Source: Candidatus Limnocylindria bacterium
Lineage (GTDB): Bacteria > Vulcanimicrobiota > Vulcanimicrobiia > Vulcanimicrobiales > Vulcanimicrobiaceae
Direction: 5' to 3'
DNA length: 64,000 nucleotides
Assembly: GCA_035493875.1 (NCBI GenBank)
Contig: DATJHK010000008.1
Location: forward strand, 3,941 to 67,940
How positions within the stretch are numbered: position 1 is the stretch's first letter; each line of letters starts with the position of its first letter. The position numbers and the translations under genes are program-made. The notes beneath the pieces are model-generated. The model did no database searches. It was not told where the DNA came from and saw only the letters and a program-made list of their open reading frames with translations. This document shows, piece after piece, positions 9,695 through 17,355 of the stretch.

Positions 9695-10011
9695 AGAGAA
9701 TCATCCTTAGCGCTGGCGCGTTGGCTGCGATCGGCGCATTCATGCTCTCCGGCGTCGCGCAGGGCGCGACCTCGGCCGGCGGCAACGCTGCGCACGGCAA
9801 GCAGCTGTTCGCCGCGAATTGCTCGGCCTGCCACGGTGCCTCCGGTGAGGGCGGCGTCGGTCCGAAGCTTCAGGGCGAGAAGAGCCGCAAGAACGTCGCC
9901 GCGATCGAGAAGCAGATCATGAACCCGGCGCCCCCGATGCCGAAGCTCTACCCCTCCCCGCTCTCCAAGAGCGACGTCGCGGATCTCGCGGCGTTCGTGA
10001 GCACGCTCTAA
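9691..10011 (+). CDS. Monoheme class I cytochrome c (third subunit of the dehydrogenase)
   Basis: GTG 9691 overlaps the alpha-subunit TGA (GTGA). VKRIILSAGALAAIGAFMLSGVAQG is a signal peptide. There is a single CSACH heme motif and a distal PPMP Met ligand region. Only the last 107 codons of track ORF 8266..10011 are credible. Confidence 0.8.
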   Translation: MKRIILSAGALAAIGAFMLSGVAQGATSAGGNAAHGKQLFAANCSACHGASGEGGVGPKLQGEKSRKNVAAIEKQIMNPAPPMPKLYPSPLSKSDVADLAAFVSTL

Positions 10012-10026
10012 TCCATCCGCAGCGAT

Positions 10027-10048
10027 CTCCGGCCGCGGGTTGCCGGAG
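10027..10048. terminator. Hairpin between convergent genes (CTCCGGC-N8-GCCGGAG)
   Basis: A 7-bp GC-rich inverted repeat sits 16 nt after the cytochrome c stop and 10 nt after the small minus-strand ORF stop. There is no U-tract on either strand. Confidence 0.35.
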
Positions 10049-10057
10049 GTCGCCGCT

Positions 10058-10192
10058 CTACCAGCCCTTGCCGAGCGCGGCGAGCACGGCGGTGGTCGTC
10101 TGCGTGGCGCTGACCGCGACGGTCAGCAATTGATAGCCCAGACCCGTAAGGGCCAACGAGGCGGTGGCGAGCAGCAGCGTCTTCACGAACAT
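10058..10192 (-). CDS. Small hydrophobic protein, 44 aa (MFVKTLLLATASLALTGLGYQLLTVAVSATQTTTAVLAALGKGW)
   Basis: Too short for the ORF track. The minus strand reads AAGGGGGAA-ATG (strong SD immediately upstream), 44 codons, then TAG (10060..10058). It is preceded by a TTGACT-N17-TATCCT promoter and followed by the 10027-10048 hairpin. It lies in a local low-GC patch. Confidence 0.45.
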   Translation of the reverse strand: MFVKTLLLATASLALTGLGYQLLTVAVSATQTTTAVLAALGKGW

Positions 10193-10230
10193 TTCCCCCT
10201 TTAAACTATTTCCTTAAGTGACTCACCGCG

Positions 10231-10259
10231 AGGATACGTCGCGGCGTCTCGGAAGTCAA
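10231..10259 (-). promoter_or_regulatory. Sigma70-like promoter TTGACT-N17-TATCCT for the 44-aa ORF
   Basis: Minus strand: TTGACT is the complement of 10254-10259 and TATCCT the complement of 10231-10236, with exactly 17 nt between them. It lies ~35 nt upstream of the ATG. Confidence 0.4.
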
Positions 10260-10309
10260 CTAAAATAACAGTTAGAGCATTCGGGCTCTGCCCGCGCGAA
10301 GTCGTCGGC

Positions 10310-10771
10310 ATGGCTGAGCAGGCGCGCTGGAAGCACGACGGCGTCCGGGTCATCCCGAGCTGTGACCTCGATCGCAACACCCCGCAAACTGCCGGGATGA
10401 ACCGTGCCGCGGCGATCACGGCCGCCCGCGTCGGCGCCGAGAAGCTCTGGGCCGGCACCGTCACGATCGAGCCGAATGCCAAGACCGGCGCCCACCATCA
10501 CGGCGCGCTCGAGAGCGTCATCTACGTCGTGGCGGGGCGCGCCCGCATGCGCTGGGGCGAGCATCTCGAGTTCACCGCCGAGGCGGGACCGGGCGATTTC
10601 ATCTTCGTGCCGCCCTACGTGCCGCACCAGGAGATCAACGCGTCCACCGATGAGCCGCTCTCCTGCGTCCTCGTGCGCAGCGGCCAGGAGCCGGTGGTCG
10701 TGAATCTGGAGATTGCGGCAGCCGAGCGCCCGGAGACGGTCCGCTGGGTCGACGACATCCATCGCACCTAG
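10310..10771 (+). CDS. Cupin domain protein
   Basis: 153 aa with the two cupin motifs: GAHHHGALESVIYVVAGRARMRWG and GDFIFVPPYVPHQEIN. Confidence 0.8.
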   Translation: MAEQARWKHDGVRVIPSCDLDRNTPQTAGMNRAAAITAARVGAEKLWAGTVTIEPNAKTGAHHHGALESVIYVVAGRARMRWGEHLEFTAEAGPGDFIFVPPYVPHQEINASTDEPLSCVLVRSGQEPVVVNLEIAAAERPETVRWVDDIHRT

Positions 10772-10845
10772 CGTTTTCGTGCTATCCCCCAAAGGGGGGT
10801 CCTCCGAGCAGGGTGTGTCCGGTACCGTGCGAACCGAACCCCTCG

Positions 10846-11667
10846 ATGCACCTTCGCCCCGCGCTGCTGTTCGCAGCAGCCCTGACGATCGCCGCTCCGG
10901 TCCTCTCTGCCGCGCCCGCGGGAGCCCAAGTCACGGGCTCCGAGGCAACCTACGCCGCCGTCCTGCGCTCGATCAACCCGAAGCTCCCGGCGGACAAGGC
11001 GCGCGCATACGCGCGCTCCGTGATGGCCGACGCCTGGCGCACGCACCTGGACCCGCGCTTCATCATGTCGATCGTGACGGTCGAGTCGGCGTGGCGCGCC
11101 AACGCCGTCTCCCGCGTCGGGGCGCGGGGCCTCGGGCAGCTGATGCCGGGGACGGCGCACACGCTGGGCGTCAATCCCTGGAGCCCGTACGAGAACCTGC
11201 GCGGCACGAGCAACTACCTCAAATCGCTGCTGAACCATTTCGCCGGCCGCCCGAACGCGGTGACGCTCGCGATCGCCGGCTACAACGCCGGACCCAAAGC
11301 CGTCGAGCGCTATCACGGGATCCCGCCGTACGCCGAGACGCAGAATTACGTCGTGCGCGTCCTGCACGTGTGGAATGAGCTGAACGCGAAAGTCGGCCGT
11401 GCCTTCGCGCCGAAGGTCGACGTGATCCCCGTCGCGGCCATGCAGACGCCGCCCGACGAGCGCGAATGGATGAGCAACGTCAACGACGTTCTTCCGACGC
11501 TTCCCGTCGCTCTGCCGGAAGGCACGACGCCGATCGGCGCATCCGCCGACGCGACCACGCCGACCACGCCGAACGCTCCCGTCACGGGAACGCAGACGAC
11601 GACGCAGCCGCAGATGACCACGCAGCCGCCGTCGGCGCAAACGCCCGCGACCGGCCCTTCGCGCTAA
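10846..11667 (+). CDS. Secreted lytic transglycosylase (SLT domain) with a Thr/Pro/Gln-rich C-terminal tail
   Basis: The start is trimmed to ATG 10846 (MHLRPALLFAAALTIAAPVLSAAPAGA signal peptide). The SLT catalytic region is IVTVESAWRANAVSRVGARGLGQLMPGT ... AGYNAGP. Confidence 0.8.
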   Translation: MHLRPALLFAAALTIAAPVLSAAPAGAQVTGSEATYAAVLRSINPKLPADKARAYARSVMADAWRTHLDPRFIMSIVTVESAWRANAVSRVGARGLGQLMPGTAHTLGVNPWSPYENLRGTSNYLKSLLNHFAGRPNAVTLAIAGYNAGPKAVERYHGIPPYAETQNYVVRVLHVWNELNAKVGRAFAPKVDVIPVAAMQTPPDEREWMSNVNDVLPTLPVALPEGTTPIGASADATTPTTPNAPVTGTQTTTQPQMTTQPPSAQTPATGPSR

Positions 11668-12599
11668 CCCTCCGCCCGCAACCCGTCGAGCGCGGCGATG
11701 ACGCGCTCGACCGGGATCGCGAGGAGCCCAGGATCGACCCGCTCCGCGTGCGGGTCGCCGGCCGCGCCTGCCCAGAGCACGCGATGATACGGGCGCGGCG
11801 GCGGACCCCACACGCTCGGCGCGACCGGCCCGAACAGCACGACCGACGGGCGGCGGTACGCCGTCGCCAGATGCGCGACGCCCGTGTCGCCGCAGACCAC
11901 GCGGCCCGCCGCGGCGACGAGCCCCGCCAACTCGCGCAACGTCGTGCGGCCCGCGAAGACGTGCGTCTGCGGAACACCGGCGGCGCGCGCGATCGCGCGC
12001 GCGCGCTCGACCTCGTCCGGTCCGCCGGTGATCACCAGGCTCCTGCCCAACCGCAGCTCCGCGCGCGCGACCGCGATCCAGCGCTCGATCGGCCAGCGTC
12101 GCGATTCGCTCGCCGCGCCCGGGTGGAGCAGCGTCGCACCGTGTAAACGGCGCGGGACCGTGACCGGCGGCACGGGCAGGTCCAGCTCGCGCGGATCGGC
12201 GGGGATTCCCGCGTGCGTGAGCATCCGGCACCAGCGCGTGACCTCGTGTTCCTGCGGATCGAACGGAGCGCCCTCGGCGCTCGCGGGGACGTCGGGGTGG
12301 CGAAACGCGATCAGACGGCGCGGGCGCGCGTCGAGCAGCACGCGATGCGACTGCGGTCCGGCACCGTGGAGGTTCACCGCGACGTCCGCGTCGCGCAGTT
12401 CCGCCGCGAGCGCCGCGAGCGGCGCCGTCTCGACGACCTCGTCGATCGCGTCCGCAAGCAGCTCGGCGAGCGGCGCGAGCGTACGCGCCGCGGCGAGCGT
12501 GATTCGCGCGCAGGGAAACGCGCGCCGCAACGCGCGGTACGCGGGGACGCCGGTGAGAAAATCGCCCAGGCCCAATGCGCGCAGCACGACGACGCGCAT
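11664..12599 (-). CDS. Glycosyltransferase family 9 (heptosyltransferase-like), last gene of the operon
   Basis: Trimmed to ATG 12599 (MRVVVLRALGLGDFLTGVPAYRALRRAFP is the typical GT9 start; C-terminal CGDTGVAHLATAYRRPSVVLFGP). The upstream part of track ORF 11664..12923 is Arg-rich shadow. Confidence 0.8.
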   Translation of the reverse strand: MRVVVLRALGLGDFLTGVPAYRALRRAFPCARITLAAARTLAPLAELLADAIDEVVETAPLAALAAELRDADVAVNLHGAGPQSHRVLLDARPRRLIAFRHPDVPASAEGAPFDPQEHEVTRWCRMLTHAGIPADPRELDLPVPPVTVPRRLHGATLLHPGAASESRRWPIERWIAVARAELRLGRSLVITGGPDEVERARAIARAAGVPQTHVFAGRTTLRELAGLVAAAGRVVCGDTGVAHLATAYRRPSVVLFGPVAPSVWGPPPRPYHRVLWAGAAGDPHAERVDPGLLAIPVERVIAALDGLRAEG

Positions 12600-12604
12600 C
12601 CCGC

Positions 12605-13819
12605 TCAGCTCCCGAGCGCGACCGGCTCCGCGGCGCGCGCCACCAGACCCCGGTAGACCTCGAGCGTCTCCACCGCGATGCGCGACCACGAGTAGCGTGC
12701 CCGCACGCGCTCGGCGCCGAGCTTGCCCAGCATCGCACGTCGCGCCGGATCGTCGGCGAGGGCGTTGAGCGCCTGCGCGAGCACGCGCGGCGCGCGCGGC
12801 GGCACGTGCAGGCCGGTGATCCCGTCGACGACCGTGTCGACCAGACCGCCGACCGACGAGACGATCACCGGCACGCCGCAGGCCATCGCTTCGAGCGGCA
12901 CGATCCCGAACGGCTCGTACCACGGGGTGCAGACGACGACGTCGGCGGAGCGCAGCAGCGCTGGAACGTCGGCGCGCGCGACGCGGCCGCGCAGGTAGAC
13001 GCGGCGCGCCACACCGAGGCGCCGCGCGAGCGCGCTCAACCGTTCCGCCTCGGGATCGGTCACGAGATCCGGCGCTTCACCGCCGCCCGCGACGATCAGC
13101 TCGGCGCGCGGGACCTCGACCAGCGCTTCGATCACCTCGGCGATCCCTTTGCGCGGGACGAGCCGCGAGAGCGTCACGATCCGCATCCGGTCCTCGCGCC
13201 GCGTTTCCCGCGGCCCGTCGGGCGTGAAGTGGTCGAGATCGGCGCCGCACGGCACGATCTTGAGCGCGCGCGGGTTCGCGCCCATGCGCAGCAGCTCGAA
13301 CACCTCGGCGCTCGCCGTCGCGACGATCCGGTCGGCGCCGCGCACGATGCGCTTCTCCTCGCGCACGCGCGCCGCGGGAGAGGTGTCCGCTTCGCGCTGA
13401 TGGCGCCGCTTCTCGATCCCGAGCGCGTGGAACGTGTGCGCCACCGGGATCCCGAGCGGCTTCGCCGCCGCCAGCGCGGCCAGACCGCTCATCCAGAAGT
13501 GCGAATGCACCACGTCGGGCCGCGAGCGCGCCCACGCCTCGCGCAGGCGCGCGGCGAACGTCCCGACGTGCGGGTAGATCGCGTCCTTCGGGATCGGCCG
13601 TGCCGGACCGGCATCGACGTGCACGACCGTCACGTTGGGCGCCATCCGCACGCGCGCGGGAAGCTTCGGATCGTCACGGCGCGTGTAGACCGTGACCGTG
13701 CTTCCCAGCTTCGCCAAGCTGAGCGCAAGCGACGCGACGTGCACGTTCTGTCCACCGGCATCGACGCCGCCGAGCGTCGCGAGCGGACTCGCGTGCTCCG
13801 ACACCATTGCGATCTTCAC
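12605..13819 (-). CDS. GT4-family glycosyltransferase (MshA-like architecture)
   Basis: MKIAMVSEHASPLATLGGVDAGGQNVHVASLALSLAKLG is the N-terminal GT4 motif. The C-terminal EPFGIVPLEAMACGVPVIVSSVGGL is the E-x7-E region. Confidence 0.85.
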   Translation of the reverse strand: MKIAMVSEHASPLATLGGVDAGGQNVHVASLALSLAKLGSTVTVYTRRDDPKLPARVRMAPNVTVVHVDAGPARPIPKDAIYPHVGTFAARLREAWARSRPDVVHSHFWMSGLAALAAAKPLGIPVAHTFHALGIEKRRHQREADTSPAARVREEKRIVRGADRIVATASAEVFELLRMGANPRALKIVPCGADLDHFTPDGPRETRREDRMRIVTLSRLVPRKGIAEVIEALVEVPRAELIVAGGGEAPDLVTDPEAERLSALARRLGVARRVYLRGRVARADVPALLRSADVVVCTPWYEPFGIVPLEAMACGVPVIVSSVGGLVDTVVDGITGLHVPPRAPRVLAQALNALADDPARRAMLGKLGAERVRARYSWSRIAVETLEVYRGLVARAAEPVALGS

Positions 13820-13835
13820 GACACCCGCTCCATCG

Positions 13836-14810
13836 TCATTCGCATCTCTCCGTCAACAATGCGTCCCAATCACGCAGGAAACGCTCGAGACCATAGCGCC
13901 GCAGCGCGTACTCGCGCGCGCGCAGCCCGTCGGCGCGCGCCGCGTCGTGATCGTCGCGATAGCGCCGCAACGCCGTGCACAGGCGCTCGACGTCGGTCGA
14001 GATCATTCCGCACCCCGGCGGCACCGCCTCGACCGCCTCGGTCGTCGCGAGCGCGACGACCGGCATCCCCAGGTGCATCGCCTCGATCAGCGAGAGGCCG
14101 AGCGACGTCCAGCGCATCGGGTGCAGATACACCCGGCGCCGCGGCAGCTCGCGATGCAGCAGCTCCTGCGGCGGGTCGTCGAACCCGCCGAGCGCGCCCG
14201 CATCGATCCCGAACAGATCGAGCGGGAGCGCGCGCGCGAAGCGCGGCAGCAGATCGGTTCCCGTCACACGGCCGCGGCGGCGCGCCTCGTTGATCGCGAC
14301 GGCGGCGCGCGGAAGCGAACCGTCGTAGCGATAGCCGGGATCGACGACGCCGTGCTCGATCACCCGCGTCGGCGTCGTCCCGCAATCCCAAAAGAGCTCG
14401 TTGAAGTGCGTCACGTGCACGACCGTCAGATCGGTCCGGTCGGCGGCGGGATGGCGCAGCTGCGCGATCCGTCCCTGCGGCGCGTTGTGCTCGAGGAAGA
14501 TCGTGCGCACGTCGCACCCGGGGATGCGATCGAGCCACGCGCGCGCGAGGTGATTCAACTCCTCCGGGCGCTGGACGATCAGCACGTCGAGCTCGAGCGC
14601 GCGCGCCTCTTCCGGCATCACCTCGACGACGTTCTCGGGCCAGTTCCACGTGCGCGCGCGGCCGCGCCCGTCCGGGCCGCGGTCGGGAAGGACGGGGACG
14701 TAGTAGGTGTGCGGACCTTGCACGAGCGCGGTCGTGTACGACCCGTGCACGTGCCAGAGGAAGATGCGCTTCGCCGCGACCCGACTCGCGGCGGTCGTCG
14801 CGGCGAGCAT
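13836..14810 (-). CDS. GT-B fold glycosyltransferase (GT4-like)
   Basis: Trimmed to ATG 14810, which forms an ATGA overlap with the upstream stop. The C-terminal SLGLSLIEAMHLGMPVVALATTE motif is present. Sequence upstream in track ORF 13836..15167 is Arg-rich shadow. Confidence 0.7.
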   Translation of the reverse strand: MLAATTAASRVAAKRIFLWHVHGSYTTALVQGPHTYYVPVLPDRGPDGRGRARTWNWPENVVEVMPEEARALELDVLIVQRPEELNHLARAWLDRIPGCDVRTIFLEHNAPQGRIAQLRHPAADRTDLTVVHVTHFNELFWDCGTTPTRVIEHGVVDPGYRYDGSLPRAAVAINEARRRGRVTGTDLLPRFARALPLDLFGIDAGALGGFDDPPQELLHRELPRRRVYLHPMRWTSLGLSLIEAMHLGMPVVALATTEAVEAVPPGCGMISTDVERLCTALRRYRDDHDAARADGLRAREYALRRYGLERFLRDWDALLTERCE

Positions 14811-15832
14811 CAGCCGACGCGCTCGCGCGGCGCGCGCAGCTGCTCGAGCGCCGCGAGCACGTCGCCGACGGTCACGACGCCCAGACACGGCTGATCGAAC
14901 AAGGGGCAGGTGCGCGCGCGGCATCCGCGGCAGCCGATCTCCTGATCCCCGAGCAGCACGTGCTGGACCATCCACGGGCGAAAGCGCGCGGCCGGGACCG
15001 TCGGCGCGAACAGCGAGACGGTCGGCGTGCCGACCGCGGCGGCGACGTGAGCCGCACCGGTGTTCCCGACGACGATCGCGCGCGCGTCGGCGATCACGCG
15101 GGCCAGCGTCGCGAAATCGGTCTCTCCGGCGAGGTTCGTCGCCGTCTCGCCGGCGACATAGGCGCACAACGCGCGCTCCGCTGCCGAGCCCGTGACGACG
15201 ACCCGCTCGCCGCGCGCGGCGAGCACGCGCACGAGATCGCGGTTCGCGCGCGGATCCCAGGCGCGCGCCGCGACGGTCGCACCCGGGTGGACGACGACGT
15301 ACGGCGCACCGCCGGAGAGCGGATTCGCCTCCGCGACGCGCATCGCGAGCCGGCCCTCGTCGTGCGGCGGCGGCGCATAGCCGGCCGCGCGCGCGAGCGA
15401 GAGCGCGCGCACGACCTCGTGGACGTCGTCCGGGACGCCGCGGTGCCGCACGTCGAGCAGCGCGCCCGGATAGTCCTCGCTGATCGCCGCGATCCGCGCG
15501 ACGCCGGCCATCCGCAGCAGCAGCGCGATCGGCAGCGGGCTCTGATGGAACGAGGTGAAGATCACCGCCTCGTCGACCGCCGCACGCGCGACCCGGTCGA
15601 CGAATTGCTCGGTTCGTCTGCGGCGCACCGCATGAGGGTTCGCTTCGATCCAGGCCGCCTCGAAGACGAACACGTCATCTGCGCCCGGCAGCGCTCGTGC
15701 CGCCGCTTCTCCCGAGGGGCCGCAGAGCAGCGTCACGCGCCCGGCGCCCGCGGCGATCGCACGCAACGCGGGACCGATCAGCAGCACGTCGCCGTTGTTG
15801 TCTTGACGGACCGCGAGCACGTGCTTGCTCAC
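14810..15832 (-). CDS. Glycosyltransferase family 9 (heptosyltransferase-like)
   Basis: MSKHVLAVRQDNNGDVLLIGPALRAIAAG ... VGNTGAAHVAAAVGTPTVSLFAP. The GTG start overlaps the upstream stop (GTGA at 15832..15829). Confidence 0.8.
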   Translation of the reverse strand: MSKHVLAVRQDNNGDVLLIGPALRAIAAGAGRVTLLCGPSGEAAARALPGADDVFVFEAAWIEANPHAVRRRRTEQFVDRVARAAVDEAVIFTSFHQSPLPIALLLRMAGVARIAAISEDYPGALLDVRHRGVPDDVHEVVRALSLARAAGYAPPPHDEGRLAMRVAEANPLSGGAPYVVVHPGATVAARAWDPRANRDLVRVLAARGERVVVTGSAAERALCAYVAGETATNLAGETDFATLARVIADARAIVVGNTGAAHVAAAVGTPTVSLFAPTVPAARFRPWMVQHVLLGDQEIGCRGCRARTCPLFDQPCLGVVTVGDVLAALEQLRAPRERVG

Positions 15833-17355
15833 CGCGTTTCACCCGTCTCCATCGTAGCGGGGAGTATTGCCGCAACGGCGGCACGTAAATCAGGGACGAC
15901 ACAGGGAGCGGCTGCGATCTCCTCGGGCCGCGTGATCGGCGTGGGGACGAGGATCGCCCGCGCACCGGCCGCGCGCGCCGCTTCGACATCGGCACCGATG
16001 TCGCCGATCACGACGCAGTCCTGCGGCGCGACGTCGAGCGCGCGCGCCGCCGCTTCGATCAAGCCCGGCGCAGGCTTTCGGCATGCGCATTTGTCCTGCG
16101 AACCATGCGGGCAGACCAGCACCGGCCCGACGGGGCCGAGCAGCTCGCCCAGCCGCGCGTTCACCGCGTCGACCTGCGCGCGCGTGACGCGTCCGAGCGC
16201 GACCCCGCTCTGGTTCGAGACGACGGCCGTCGCGATCCCCGCGGCGTGCAACCGCGCGAGCGCGTCGCGCGCGCCGGGCATCGGAGCGACGCGCGCCGGG
16301 TCGCCGTTGTACGGCACGTCGACGACGAGCGTCCCATCGCGGTCGAACAGCACCGCCGCCGGGATCGGGTGCGGTGCACGGACCTCGTCGGCAAGGAGGG
16401 CACGCAAGCGCGCATACCCCCGCAAACGATGGGCGACCGCGGCGAACGGGATCAGCACCGAGCTCGTCAGCATCCGCGCGATCTCCTCGCGCGTGCGCGG
16501 CCCAGGCGCGATCCGGCGCCATGCGAAGCGTCCCGTCTGCGCCGCCCAGGCCGCACCGAGCAGCGCACCGGTACGCGGCCGCCGCGCGCCGAGCGCGAGC
16601 AGCGCGAACGCCGCCGTCGCCGCCGTCGCCAGATGCGCGGGAAACGCGCCGCGCGGTGCGCCCGCGCGCGCGCGCCAATCGCGCCCGTGCAGCGCGTCCA
16701 TCAGCACGTCGTCCGCGTTTCCCGCCTGCAGCCGCACGCTGATCATCGCATCGGCGGGCCGCACGGGATGCGTCGAGCGGCGTGCGCCCTGGACGATGCG
16801 CTTTCCGCGCCGGACGATGCGCAGGGCGAGATCGGCGTCCTCGCGATACGCGCGCGGAAAGCGTTCGTCGAAGCCGCCGACGGCGAGCAGCGCGGCGCGG
16901 CGATACGCGCAGTCGGCCGTGATCCAGCGCGAGTTCGCGAGCCCCGCGACGTTGCGTTCCCAGTCGGTCGCACGCCGGTCGTGCGGGAGCGGGACCGTGA
17001 CGCGCCCTTGCGAGCCCGCGACGTCGGGCGGCAGATACGCCAGATCGCGCGAGACGTCGGCGAACCAGTTCGGTCCGACGACGACGTCGTCGTCGAGAAA
17101 GGCGATCCACTGCGCACGCGAGGCGCGCCACCCGACGTTGCGCGCCGCCGCCGGCCCGCGTGCGGCGCCGGAAAGGATCACCAGACGCGCGGCGAGGTCG
17201 GGATCGAGGTCGTCGAGGTCCAGCGGAGCCGTACGCTCGCGCCGATCGTCGACGAGGAAGATCCGCCCCGGGCGCGGTCCCGCGGCGCGCTCGAACGACT
17301 CGAGCAGCGCGCGCAGCGACGGGCGGCCCAGCGTCGGCACGACGACGTCGATCAT
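15829..17355 (-). CDS. Fusion protein: GT2 glycosyltransferase + TM linker + HAD-IIIA D,D-heptose-1,7-bisphosphate phosphatase-like (GmhB) domain
   Basis: Trimmed to ATG 17355 (ATGA overlap with the upstream stop). The N-terminus has MIDVVVPTLGRPSL and FLDDDVVV (GT2 DxD). The middle has hydrophobic AFPAHLATAATAAFALLALG. The C-terminus has VLFDRDGTLV, VVSNQSG, CPHGSQDKCACRKPAPG and VIGDIGADVEAA, which are GmhB/HAD-IIIA motifs including the Zn loop. Confidence 0.8.
   Translation of the reverse strand: MIDVVVPTLGRPSLRALLESFERAAGPRPGRIFLVDDRRERTAPLDLDDLDPDLAARLVILSGAARGPAAARNVGWRASRAQWIAFLDDDVVVGPNWFADVSRDLAYLPPDVAGSQGRVTVPLPHDRRATDWERNVAGLANSRWITADCAYRRAALLAVGGFDERFPRAYREDADLALRIVRRGKRIVQGARRSTHPVRPADAMISVRLQAGNADDVLMDALHGRDWRARAGAPRGAFPAHLATAATAAFALLALGARRPRTGALLGAAWAAQTGRFAWRRIAPGPRTREEIARMLTSSVLIPFAAVAHRLRGYARLRALLADEVRAPHPIPAAVLFDRDGTLVVDVPYNGDPARVAPMPGARDALARLHAAGIATAVVSNQSGVALGRVTRAQVDAVNARLGELLGPVGPVLVCPHGSQDKCACRKPAPGLIEAAARALDVAPQDCVVIGDIGADVEAARAAGARAILVPTPITRPEEIAAAPCVVPDLRAAVAAILPATMETGETR

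Noticed and set aside
10768-12738. 656-aa minus-strand ORF
   Set aside because: It is out of frame with the GT9 gene and antisense to the lytic transglycosylase. It is Arg/Gly-rich.
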